A stretch of DNA of 62,646 nt, counting the filler, from Jimgerdemannia flammicorona (taxonomy: Eukaryota), in assembly GCA_003990765.1 (NCBI GenBank). It is 3 parts of 3 records of this genome, joined end to end, with 100 filler letters (N's around TTAATTAATTAA, not from the genome) between each part and the next. Parts side by side here need not be neighbours in the genome. Positions count along the whole stretch, not along the records: positions 20,918 to 41,733 come from RBNJ01001585.1; 2 more parts are not named here. One strand, 5' to 3'. Made by a program: the position numbers and the translations under genes. Positions 25,100 to 37,869 of this stretch are shown piece after piece. The notes beneath the pieces were generated by a model. That model saw nothing but the letters and a program-made list of their open reading frames with translations. It was not told the DNA's origin and searched no databases. Each line of letters opens with the position of its first letter. The first letter of the stretch is position 1.

Positions 25100-28000
25100 T
25101 TTTTTCTCAGGTAGTATTATGGATAGAGTAACTCTTCCACTTGATGAGAAAAAACTACTTGACTGTTTTGGTATATTTGCAGATCTTGTAATTAAGTACT
25201 TTCTCAATTTCAAATTCCTCATAATTATTGATCCTAATTGGAGATAGTGGTAGCACTATATACTTAGGGAATAGGTTCTTATAGTAGTCCACCAATTGAC
25301 TAATATAGAACACTGGATATATTTGGATATTATGAGAAAGTTGTAACTTGTAGTTGATTTTGCTGACTTTTTCCACAATCTCATAGAGTCTAATTCTTCT
25401 AGCATGGAGTTTCTTAGATGGTTGCTGTGTTAGAGTATCTGGATAGAGGTGGTCTGTACTAAGTATGATTATATCACCAATATTATAGAAGACTTCCCTT
25501 CACTTCAAGTTTACATACTTGGTCTAATAGTCCTGTGCTTCTATGAGAGCATCTCTTGTCATTCATATAAGGTCAGAAATAATCTTGGCTAAATCTTAGA
25601 CTACTGGGACTACTGATTTTATAGTAGTGCTTGGGGTCCTTGAGTATTGACCATGGTTCAAAAAGAATAGAGTCTTCTTCATAGAGGTTTTCTGACTATT
25701 ATTATAGGCAAACTTGGCATGAGCTAGGTAGTTGTCCCAATTATTCTGCTTGTAATAGCAGAAGATGCTAAGCATCTGCTTGAGGGTTCTGTTGGTTCAC
25801 TCAGTTTAACCATCAGTCTGGGAGTAGTAGGCAGTAGAGAACTTCAGCTTGATTCTATGGAGGAAGAAGAATGCCTTCTAGAAGTTGCTTGTAAACTTTG
25901 CATCCTGATCAGATATAATGGTGCTAGATATGCTATGTAGCCTGAATACTTGGTTGAAGAAGATTTTAGCAATCTCTAGTGCTGTGGCAGTAGTCTTGGT
26001 AGATACAAAATGGACTTATTTACTTGGGTGATTTATAAATACTACAATAGCATTACATTCTGTCTTAGTCTTGAGGAGCTGGACAATGAAGTCTATTGCA
26101 ATCTGATCCTAGTTGTGACTTGAGATAGACAGGGGTTGCAGAAGTCCTGTAGGTAGTTTGTTACTACTTTTAAACCTTTGGTATATCTTACATAAGACTA
26201 TAAAGTCTTTGATATTCTTGATTATCTTTGACCAGTAGAACTCTCTTGAGAGGAGATTGTAGGTCTTCTCAAAGCCAAAGTATCCTACTGCAGGAGTATT
26301 ATGGAGTTTCTGCATGATCTTGAGCTGTAAAGTATTATTGTTAGATACAATCACTCTGTCATAGTCTCTGTAAATAAGTCCATCATAGTATGTAAATCTT
26401 TTGGAGGGTTTTAGCAGAATTGAAGGAATTTCACCAGAGGGCTGTCCTGTTGGTAGCCATCCTTGATTATTTAAGTAAGGTCTTCAATTACCTCAATCAT
26501 GAAGATAAGTTCATCTTCCATATATCTGGAGAAACCATCAGCCACATGGTTGGTTTTACCTGGGATGTACTTGATTTCTATATCAAAGTTGGCAATGATT
26601 TCCATTCAGCAGGCTTATCTGTGGGTCAGTATGGACTATGTGTAAATGTACCATAGAGTATAGTGATCAGTATAGACCACAAATAGTTATCCTAGAAGGA
26701 AATAGCACTATTTCTGAAGTACAGTAACAATAGCCAGGAGTTCCTTCTCATAGATAGTATACTAGGTCTCAGCTGGCTTGAGCTTTTGGGAAAGGTAGGC
26801 TACTGGGTGATCTTCTTAACTAAGTACTGCTCTAATAGCAATATCAGAGGCATCTGTAGTCAGAGTAAATAGTCTGGTAGGGTCAGGTGTAATTAGCACT
26901 GGAGTCTCAGTAAGGAGTCTTTTGAGATAGTCCATAGCCTAGATATACTTAGGGGTCTATTCAGTCTTGATGTTCACTCCTTTGTAGACCAGACTGATCA
27001 GTAGGGCTGTAATAGCAGAGTATTTTTAAATGAATCTTCAGTAGTAACTAGCAATATCCAGAAAATGCTGGAGTAGCTTAAGGGTAGTGGAGATAGAAAT
27101 ATCCTTAAGAACTGATATCTTTCAGGAGTCCACATTAATATCTTCAGTAGAGATGATATGTTCTAGGTACTTGATATGGTCTTAATAGAACTTACACTTA
27201 CTTATCTTAGTATAGAGCTAGTATTCATATAGAAGAGTTAGTACCTACCTGAGGTGGGTGTAGTATAGCTCTACTGTTTCACTGTAGATTAGTATATTAT
27301 CAATATATATAAGAATATAAATATTGAGCAGTAGTCTAAAGATATCATTCATCAGATACTGAAATGTTGCTGGTATATTGGTCAAACCAAAAGGTATGAC
27401 TCAGAACTAGTAGTATCCAAACCATATTCAGAAAGCTGTCTTCTCAATATCCTTCCTATCAATGAGGATCTGGTGGTAGCCATTTCACAAGTCCAATAGA
27501 GAAAAGGTCTTGGCCTTAAAGATCTGGTGCAACAACTCATTAATCCTAGATAAGATATATCAGTTCTTAATAGTAATCTTGTTGAGGGCTCTATAGTCAA
27601 TGCATATTCACAGAGAGCCATTCTTCTTTTTGACAAATAGAATGGGAACTCCAAATGGAGAGCAGCTGGGTTCAATATATCCTTGGACCAATAGTTTGAT
27701 CAACTTATCCTTGAGGGTCTTGAGTTTAGGTTTGGCCAGTTAGTAGATACTTTTGTATAAAGATTCAGAACCTAAAATGAGGTCAATTCTATGTTGGATT
27801 TGGTACTTGGGTGGAAGTCCTTGGGGTTCCTGAAATATATCTTGGAATTTCTCAAACAGTTCTTGAGCTTCTGATAGGATTAGACTACTTGAAGCTTCAG
27901 TGACTTCTTATATAGTACAGATGAAGTAGGTGTTTTCATTTTTGTGAGAGAGTCTCTTCATTTAAATAGCAAAGATAATTTTGATTCCTTGATAGTTGGT

Positions 28001-30400
28001 ACCTTCCTAGGATATCAGAGTGATCTTTCTGCCTTCATAGGTCAGGTTAATCTCATTAGTCTCCAGTTGATATCTAGGTTATCCTGGGAGATCTACAATA
28101 CTAAAGTTCAACTTCTCTTGATATTTGCCAATCCTGAGCAATAGGTTTTCACAGATCTTGGTCAATGGTGCAGTCTTGCTATCACTAAAGGTAACACTCC
28201 TTTTCTTAGTAGCTAGTCTGCTTTAGGCTCCAATTCTCTTGGTAGTCTTAATACTGATATAGTTTCTAGTAGTACTGCTATCAGTAAGACAATGATATTC
28301 TGTCTGTAAACTTGGCCTGTAAACTTGATACAATTGTTCTCCTTCTTAATGGTATTGAGCTCTTTATTCTCATTATTATCCTAGTTGCTGTCAGTTTCCT
28401 CAAAGTCAGTTTCTCTCCATTCTTTACAAGGAGGATGGTCTTGTTTGGATTTCTCAGTCTATTAGACTTGGTATTTCTCAGATTGGATTTTGAAAACTTT
28501 GAAGAGACATGCATGGTATTCACCAATATATTTCATATAGTATATTCAAATAAAATGAGGGCATCATCCATATAGTATATAACCATCTACAATTCTCTTG
28601 TACTAGTTTTCATCATCTTCCTTTATAGTAGTAACCCTTTGACTGGAGGGGTTTGTTGGTTGATCCAAATCCTTTCTTACTATGGTCTGTCTGGATGAGC
28701 TCAGAGACTTCTTTAATAATAAGATCTTGACAGATTTCTTCAATAATTGCTTGGATAATTCTTTAGCCTACTTTGACTTTAAATGAGATATCTCTAAAAT
28801 TTCACAAGATGATATGGATTTCATCAGTAAATCCTTAGTCAACTACTCCTTCTCCTAGTCCAGTATTGAATTCTTTGGCCAGACTACTTTATTTAGTAAG
28901 GTAGATATATATTTCTTTAGAGACTTGTATTGTAATTCCAGTTTGCACTGTAGTATTGGTACATAGTGGAATGGTAAGGTCTTAGCTATTATAGAGATTA
29001 CAACCTGCATCAGTAGGATAGGCTTTAGTGGGAATAATAGTCTTGTACCATATCTTCTACACTTTGATGACATTCTTAGGATTCTTCTTTCCTGGATCTT
29101 CTCTAATGATAGTGATGTTCTGGTTACTGGATTCACCTGATCTATTTCTCTTCTCAGGATATCTGAAAGAGATATGTATATCCTGTCTTTCTATAAATGA
29201 AGTACAATTCTTTTTTGTAAAGCTGCTTCTTTTCATCCTCAGTGGGGGGTCTTGGTCCTCTGGGGTTTCACTGATTCCTTTGGTCATTTCTTTGATCATT
29301 TCTTTGATCATTTCTTTGATCATTCCTCCTAGTGGGATTTCTCCTATCTTGGTTATTCTTCTTGTATTCTGGATTTTGTGGGGCCTATGCAACAAGAATT
29401 TCATGAGCTCTTCTTTGTACTTAGGCAAAGTGCCATGAGTAGTAGGAATATCTCTGGAGGAGGCCATGTTCTTTAATCTTCTGGGTGAGTCAGTCTGGTA
29501 GAGCTGCAAAGAGATAGTTGGCTCTGATACCATTGATGGCCAAATTGTTTTTCTGGTAGATAAGTTCTATGGTTTTGAGGTAGGTATTTATTCTGGTAAT
29601 AAATATTTCTAGATCCTCCTCACTATTCTTGTGGAACTTCATCTGGGTCAGTTTGTTCTAAGTTTCTTATATGTAAGCTGCATTTTGAAATTTGGTCAGT
29701 AGTAGGGCCTTAAGTCCTGGGCCTGCTATATAATCATCTCAATCTGATCTATTATGGGCTTGTATCTATCCATTAACTTGAGAGCAGTCTTCCTAGATTA
29801 CTGGGTATTCTTCCAAGATATGCCAGAACTTAGCTTCTGTTCTAGTAAAGAATGTGGCTACTATATATTTCTACTTATACTACTGATGTAGCAAATAACT
29901 GTTGAAGGGTATTATTTTAGTTGTTGGTGAGCATCTCTGTAGATACTCAGTTATCATTCTATTAGTTTTCTCAGTATCTTATATTAACTGCATTGATGAA
30001 GATTTCAATATTGCTGTTTTTTTCACTGAATGTAGAAATTTGCAAGGTCTTAGTTGGTTTGTTCTATTTGGCAATTCATCCTACTATCTCTGCTAGTATG
30101 GCTAGTTGGGTAGTTAGAGCTACAATATTAGTATCTATCATTATATTAACTATTGATGATGAGTCTATAGGGGTAGATTCTCCTGAAGATTGTTCTGCTT
30201 ATTGAGGTTGTAGTACTGTATGACTTGGAGTTACTTGATTCCCAGATATTAGATTAAAGGATCCTGTAAGAGATGATAGATCAAACCTCTGTATAGGTGA
30301 CTAGATTGGTTCTGAAGTCTTGTCTTCTTGACCTATGGGTCCTTGGTAAATTCCTAGACCTGTTGTTCCTTATTGGCTATCATAAGACTGATATTCTGTA
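25100..30400 (-). mobile_element. Decayed chromovirus-like Ty3/gypsy element (gag-dUTPase-PR-RT-RH-INT-chromodomain)
   Basis: Minus strand: chromodomain EEFEIEKVL (about 25200), integrase LHNTPAVGYFGFEKTY and [23 protein letters not shown] (about 27380), dUTPase PTKAYPTDAG...KGFGST (about 28660-29030). Very many stops. Confidence 0.85.
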
Positions 30401-30478
30401 GAGTCTTTATCTGACTCTCTTCTCTGATGAGATAGTGTGTCCTCATACTAACTAGGTCCTTCAAAGAGGATATCTACT

Positions 30479-32032
30479 TGTAAGTACACAATCTCCAAGC
30501 CATAGAAGTCATACATCACCCTCTGAACAAGCCACTGAAATTACACATAACCTTTGAATAAATCTAGAAATCATATACAAGGTTACAAAGCTGAGTCAAC
30601 CTGAAGTTACAGCACACAAAACTGAGTCAATATGAAGTCACAGAATATAAGATTCATATAAACAGAATCTTACCAATCAAGACAAAATGTATATACATAT
30701 ACCAAGCATTGAGACACATTGTAATAGAGAACTAGAACAAATCAAACAAATAACACCAACTCTTGAATATATACAAACATGACCACCAAGATCTATAACT
30801 ACATCTGTACTGACATTTGGAATGCCATCATCAATCGAGCCACACCCCCTCTGCCCCTCATGAATATTCATAGTCTAGCACCCCTCTACTTCATGGAAGC
30901 CCAATAGAATACCCTGAACATGCTTAGTAAAGCCCACTGAATTGGACAAATCTTAAGTTACTACCAGATCAGCTGTCTCCTGGAAGACATGGTTGAATAC
31001 TACCATGATACAGATATTATCTAGATGTCTCAACACTAGAAGCTTATCGCCTACAAATACCGAGAACTCTTTTATGAGTATAGTACCATTATTCCCTATC
31101 TCTGAGTTACTACTAGTGAAATAGTTACTACCCTGTCCTATGGCCAAATCAATGATATAATATAAGAACTTAACTACAAGTATCTTGAATATATTCAGAC
31201 CATAGATAGAACCTTCCCACACCCTGATGACTATATCTTACAAATGCCTCAAGTTAGATATACCATGAAGGATATCTATGATATAATCTGATTTGATGAA
31301 GATGAAGCAGAAGACAATGACTGATCTGATGCCAACATGACCTCAAGCCAAGGATCTCTACCAACTCTGATTACTCTGCCAACACTGCTAATGAACTTAC
31401 AATAGTTTATAACTACTTATGAGACCTATTGGAACAATGACCACTGGTATAAATACCAACCTACATTCACCCCTGATTACTTCAACTATAATGAAGAGAC
31501 CAGAGAATACAATCTGTACCTCCAGACAACTCTTGAGATCAAACTAACAACTCCACCACCTAAGTATGAGTGACATGAACTATAGCTACCAGCTTACTAT
31601 AATCTCACAACTCATAGTGCTGTAACTTATAGAAGGTATACAGACAGTGAATCCAATGAAAGTGAAGATGATGCACTACTCCTTTATCCACCAACTCCTT
31701 ATCCAGTATATGAAAAATATGATGCTATTCTGTAGGATAGTGATAAAGTCCCAATATATTATTATCTCAGTAAATAAGAAGAGTTAATCTGCAAATAACT
31801 CTTCTTAGATAACTACTTTATTAGAGATGATGTCATAGATGGTGATGTCATCAAAGACTATCCAGACAGTATCTAAATCTATAAATAGCTTAGCAGTCAT
31901 AGTATAGTTAGATTAGCCTTGTATGTATAATGTGACTATGAACTGACTCAGCAGTCAGATGATCTCTTGACATATCAGATCACACTTGTACTATGTATGT
32001 AACAATATTCTGACTTAGTAAAGGTACTAAGT
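30479..32032 (+). repeat. Partial long LTR-like sequence, truncated by LINE copy C
   Basis: Starts TGTAAGTACACAATCTCCAAG, similar to 37937. 31825-32032 aligns with about 38655-38855. Confidence 0.6.
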
Positions 32033-35000
32033 GTCACCTTTCTCCTGTACAATTCATGTTACACCAACTTCAAACAATGGTTTTTGATATAAATCAGAGG
32101 AAAGATATTATAAAAATGTCATTGAGCAAGAGTTCTGATGGGTATGCTGGGTTGGATGGACCTGGGGCTTTTGGCTGGCAGCATGTAGGGAGGGGTTATG
32201 GCCTGGGGATGGGGGCCTTTAGGGGATTGAAGGGTGGTGAGGGTTCTGGAAGTAGACTGGTGGCTGGTAGCTATGGAGAGAGACCTGGCCCCTCAAGTTT
32301 TGCAGATAAGATGAAGGAGAGTGGGTGGCCAGCTGGATCTAGGGCTGGTGCTGCTGTAGGGAAGGGCAAGGTGAGCCAAGGGAGGGGGGGAGGTACTCAG
32401 GTAGGAGATGCAAGCATAGATGCTAGAGATGCTGTAGCTGGGGATGGGACTGCTGATGGCAGTATAATGGGCAATCAGGAAAAAAAAAAATATGTGACAG
32501 CTAATAAAGGCACAGGACAGGGAGTCCTGATGCAAAAGAGAGACCTGGCCAATGGTGTAACAGGGCTGGTGGTGACACCATTACTCAGGAAGTCGATCTT
32601 AGAGTTTATAGTGATACTGTACTTCTAAGACTTAGTAGTGACAGCGAGGATGGTCTTGGGGCTTATCTTGAAACAGGTAGCTGGGGCGGCCTCAGTGAAG
32701 TTCCTGAAGGGCCTGGAGAGAGTTGAGGTGGGCTTTGAGGAGGCAGGCCCACTGGAAGAGGTGCTGAAGACTGGAGTGGTAGTTGGAGAGATGGTGGTCT
32801 CCATAATGTGCTACCTGAGGTGAGACCCCAGGATGGTACAGCTGCTGGTGAAGGGGGTACCTACTATGATGAAGGAGGAGACTAGAAGAAGAGTGGAGGA
32901 GGTGATAGCAGAGTATGGCAATGTGGTAGATATCAGTTTCCAGGTGTGGGAGGGGACCTCCATTAGGACTGGTGATGTGGATGTGAGGATTAGCCTGGCA
33001 GAAAGAGAGGCCACTGGGAAGGCGAGCGACTGGCCCTCAGTGTTGATGTGGGAGGCTTTTGTCTGTAAGGTATCAAGGGTGAGAGGGAATGAAGTGGAGG
33101 AGAAGGACTTGTTAGAGGTACTAGAAGAGTTGAGTGGTGCTGTTGAGAGGAGGGCAAAGGCCTGGAAATCATATGAGAAGTCAATGTATTTGGAGATTAT
33201 TGATGGGAAGTGAATTCAAACTGATAAGGAGAAGTGGGAGTAGGCTCAGGGGCACAGGTGGCAGAGAGAGCTATTGGCAAGTATGAGCAGAGGGGCTACA
33301 AAGAAGATGGGTATCGAAGTCAGTGTCTGGGTTAGTAAAGGAGAAGGAGAGATGGCAGCAACCTTGGAAGGGGCTGGGAAGGTGCTGAATAAGAACCCCT
33401 ATGCAGATGGTATGTTTGAAGTCTGAGAGCAGAAGTTGGATACCACTCCCCCCCCTCTTATCAGGAGGGGCCCAGTGGTGAAGAGAGGGGCTGTGGAAGA
33501 TGTGCTGATGAAGGGGACCCAGTGGGTACACTTTGGGGTCCCTGATGTGGCGAAAGGGGGACAGGTGATGGTGGTTAGTGAGGATGAGCTGGTGGATGTC
33601 CCAGAGGAGGAGTGGGATGAGGCTGCCAGTGTAGGAGCTGATACCACAATGTTGGATGCAGGGTGGCCAGGGACTCTGGGAGGGAAGGAGGTGGGAAACT
33701 TGCTATGGATGAGCAAGGTGATGGATAACCTCATGGCTGAGGAGTTGGGGGAAATGGACCTGTGGGTAATGCCTGAGGAGCACTGGGCATGGATTCTGCA
33801 TGGAGATGGTATAGTGGAGGTACTGAAGATGGAGATTCTTGTGATTTTCCTGGAGGAGGAGGGATATGAGGTTGATAAGGTGAGAAAGGAGGAGCTGGTA
33901 GTTGTTGCTGGTGAGCAGGCTGTCTACTGTTAGGCAGAGCATCATGGTCTGTAGCTCTGGTAGGAGGTCTGTCTGGAATATCATGAAGACTTTGAGGAGA
34001 GAGAAGATGGGGCAATGGTAGAACTTCTGGGAGGGTTGGAGGCACGGGAAGCTGGAGAGAAGGAGTTGGCTGCTGAACATGACTTGGACTTAGTGCAGGA
34101 GGAGTTGAATGCAGATTTGTAGAGGAGGGGATCGACATATAACATTATTTCTTATAAACAGTACAACCAATATTTTCTCATTGAATGTGAATGGGTTAAG
34201 AGGTTCTGGGAAGCATAAGAACATTTTTACTTAGCTCAAGGCATTGGAGGCTGATCTCTTTTTATTATAGGATATATAGAGTAAGAATGAGGATGATCAG
34301 ATAGAGTAGACTAGGGAATGGGGTGGGGCTGCTGCTTGGTTTGGCAAAGTGGTAATTCTGGTACAAAAGAGTAGAGGAGACCTGGGGGAATCAGGAGCTG
34401 AGGGGATTGCTTGGTCTGGGGAGACTGGCATTGACCTGGGTGGGAATCAGTGAGGATTGGATCATGCTACTACCCTGCAGTTAGGGGTGAGAGGATTGTA
34501 TGGATTAAGGAGTTACTGGAGGAGGATACTCTCTTGGAGGAAGGAGTTGATGTTCTGGGTAGTGATTTCAATATGGTTCAGGATATACACCTGGATAGAA
34601 CTGATAGAGGGAGGAATACAGGTGGGAGGAGTGGGGGTCTGGATGTATGAGAGGAGGTAGAGAATCTCAGCTCCTTAGGAGATATGGGCAGAACATGGTG
34701 GGGCAACACCAGGGTCTACATGCATTGAGTGAATGGATTAGATATAAGGATTGACTGGATACTGATAGCTGAGTATTGGGGTGCTGATGTTTGGAAGTCT
34801 TTAGAGGTGGAGTGGTGCCTATGGTCAGATTACTGGAGACTGCTGGGGCAGGGGCAGTTTGGGGGAAGTGGAGATGGACCTGGACATTGGTGTCTTAACT
34901 CCTCTCTGCTGGCTAAGAAGGAGTTGTGGGACTCATGGGTAGAGGACATACAGGCAAAGGTTCTTATCTGGAGGCATGAGGGTTTGTCTGTAGATGTTCA

Positions 35001-37800
35001 GTGGATGAGGTTGAAGGAGGCTGTAAGAGTTTATTGGGGAGGAGCTATTAGGGAGGCTGGGAGACAGAGGAGGAAGCACATACAGTGTACTTCAAATAGG
35101 CTGGTGAGATTGCAGATGGGATGGGCTGATCTGCTTTCTTCTGTTGAGGTGGAAGATTGGAGGTTAGAGAGGGCGAAATTGGAGGTAGTAGAACTACAAT
35201 GAGTGTTAAGAGAGGAGAAAGAGATTCATATGTATGGAATAGCTGTCAGGTTACAGTGGCAGGAGCTTGAGGAGGGAGAGTGGCCTACTAGGTACTTTTC
35301 TAGGCTACTCAAAGTCAGGAGGGTGCGACATCAGTGGGATGAGATCTTGGATGCTGAGGGAGATATGGTGCATGATACACACCAGATCTTGGGGGTGCTG
35401 AAGGAGAGGTGGTAGGGTCTGTGGAGTGAGGAGGAAGGGGGTGCAGAGGAAGAGATAATTGGAGACACACTGGAGAAGTGAGAGCCACCACAGGTAGAGG
35501 GACTGGGTGACTTGATCTTGCCAGTTCAAGAGGAGGAGATCCAGGAAGTCCTTGTAGTGACTAAGCTTGGGACAGTACCAGAGGAGGATGGGTTACCTTG
35601 GGACTTCTGGAAGATGATGGCAAAGGTCCCTAGAGTACTAGGGGTGATGGCTGCCCTTTGTGATCATATTCTTCTGAATGGCAAGTGGGTAGGAGAGCAA
35701 GACTTGGGACTGGTGGCCTTATTGTATAAGGACAAGAGCAGGCAAGAGGACTGGAAGAACTGGAGGCCCATCATGCTTCTGGATATAGACTGGAAGATAG
35801 TGACTAAGGTGATTGTGGTGAGGCTACAGAAGATTGCTCAACAGGTGATAGAGGAGGAGCAGCGGGGCTTTGTAGGAAATAGACTTATTAGAGATGGAAC
35901 TGTCTGGGCTCATGGCATCATTGAAGGGGCCCAGGCTTGTGGGTTAGATGGTAGACTGGTCTTTTTGGACCAGGAGAAGGCCTATGACTGTGTTCAGTGG
36001 GTATGGTTGGGCAAGGTTCTGGATAGGATTGGTGTTCCTCTATAGTTTTGGACTTCTATGTTGAGTTTGTTGGAGGGAAGTAGGGCAGCACTGATGTATA
36101 ATGGTCACAGGAGTTTGGCATTTCCCCTGGAGAGAGGAGTATCTCAAGGAGACCTGCTGTCACCTATCCTTTATACCCTTTCACTAGAATTTTTGATGGA
36201 TAGAATCTACTAGAAGATGACTGGGCTCTCTATGTATGGAGTGGTGTGGAAGGTAGGGGTCTTTGTAGATAATATGGTAGTTAGACTTGGATCAGTTGCA
36301 GATGTCGAGGTACTTAAGGAAACAGTGGAATGGTATGAGACACACTCTGGGGTGAAACTCAATTGGCATAAATGTGTTGGGGAATGGGCCAGTAGGAGGG
36401 GACATTATTGGAACAATTGTCCCCACAGGAGAGGTGGTGTGGTATCTTGGGATCTTTCTTTTGGTATATAGATCAGTCCTTCTCAGAGTGTGGTGGGAGA
36501 GGAGAGTGGCCATTTGGGGAGAGGCTCTGAGAGATTGGGGGAGTCATCACATCTCTCTGATAGGGTGGGTGATGATCTTGAATGTTTACTGGTTCCCCAA
36601 GCTGTAATATATGGCATATCACTTAGACTTTCTGATCTAGGTGGTGAAGAGATTGATGAAACTGGCTAGGGATTGGATTTGGGCAGGGAGAAGGTCCCAG
36701 ATCAGTTGGGATACTCTGGTGGAGCCAGTGATTAGGGGGTGGCCTTGGTCTTGTGGACTTCCCTAAGTGTCTTTACTGCCTATGAGTGTGGTGGTTGAAG
36801 AGAGCAGTTGAACTACAGGGAGGAGGTTGGGTACCACTGATGCAGAAGGTGTGGAAGATGAGAGTCTCCCCTTGAGATTCCTCAGATGACTTACTTTCTC
36901 TGGTGGGTCTGAATGGAAGTCAGAGGATATGGTATAAGGGCTTCTGGTGGAGAGTAGTGAATGGGGCACACCAGATTGGACTATGCTGGTATGGCAATGA
37001 GGGGGGGGTGATATGGGGTCCTGCTATGTGGCAGTGGGACTATCTGCTTCTAGGGGGGACTCTGCTGGCAGAGTTTGACATTGGTGATGGGGTGGAGTAT
37101 CAGCGGGGTCTTGGCCAGGACCTTTGACTGAGTAGTTGACAGGCAGTGAGGATTGGTGAGGAGTGGGACTGGGCAGGAATCTGGTCCTAGAGTGCTGAGG
37201 TGCAGTAGTAGCTATCTTCTAAGTTCTGAGTAGTTTGGTGGCGAATGCTGTGGAGGAATATTATATTAAATTTCCATACTAGACATCTGGTGGTTAGTGG
37301 CTGACTGGATTGTGAGGAGTGTTATAACATTGGGCAAGCTGGGGGATTTGTGCAGATGCTGGAACATTGGCTGGATGAGTGCGAGATTTTGGGGGACTTT
37401 TGGATAGCTATAGAAGACTGGCTGGGTGTTGAAAGGAGGCCAGATAGAGTGAGAGGCCATTGGGAGAATTTAAGATCTCGACTAGTGGGAGGTGTTGGCA
37501 ATGAGTGGCTCACTGTAAGGTGGGTTGTGGTGGTGTGGATTGGGCTGGCTGGTCATTGGCTTTTTGTTTTTGAGAAAGAGCAATAAATGGGGATGTAGGA
37601 GAAGTTATTAAGATGAGAGGAGTTGTTGAGAGATCTATTGACTGAGTGGTGGGTTGGTTGGGGTCCCCAGGGTGGGTAACGTTGCCATCTGATAGAGGAG
37701 ATTTGTGGGAAGTAGGGAGGAATCTGGACATTAGTACCTGAATGCCTTATTACTGGGGGGGGGCCTCATTGTGGAATATATGGGTGGTGAGCATAAGTTT
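32033..37800 (+). mobile_element. Near full-length L1/Tx1-clade LINE copy C (same subfamily as copy A), degenerate
   Basis: Conserved 5' terminus GTCACCTTTCTCC, ORF1 pieces 32056-34120, ORF2 pieces with APE and RT motifs (NWRPIMLLD, LDQEKAYD). The 3' region matches the reverse complement of 1-210. No poly(A) seen. Confidence 0.92.
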
Positions 37801-37869
37801 CAGAATTCTTAGCTAGAGGGCAAGGGGGCTGGAGATTAGAGACCAGTGGTGGTATTTGAAATTAAATAC

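Noticed and set aside
29275..29330. 12-bp tandem repeat (MIKEMIKEMIKE ORF)
   Set aside because: Low-complexity repeat inside decayed gypsy gag, and not a separate gene.
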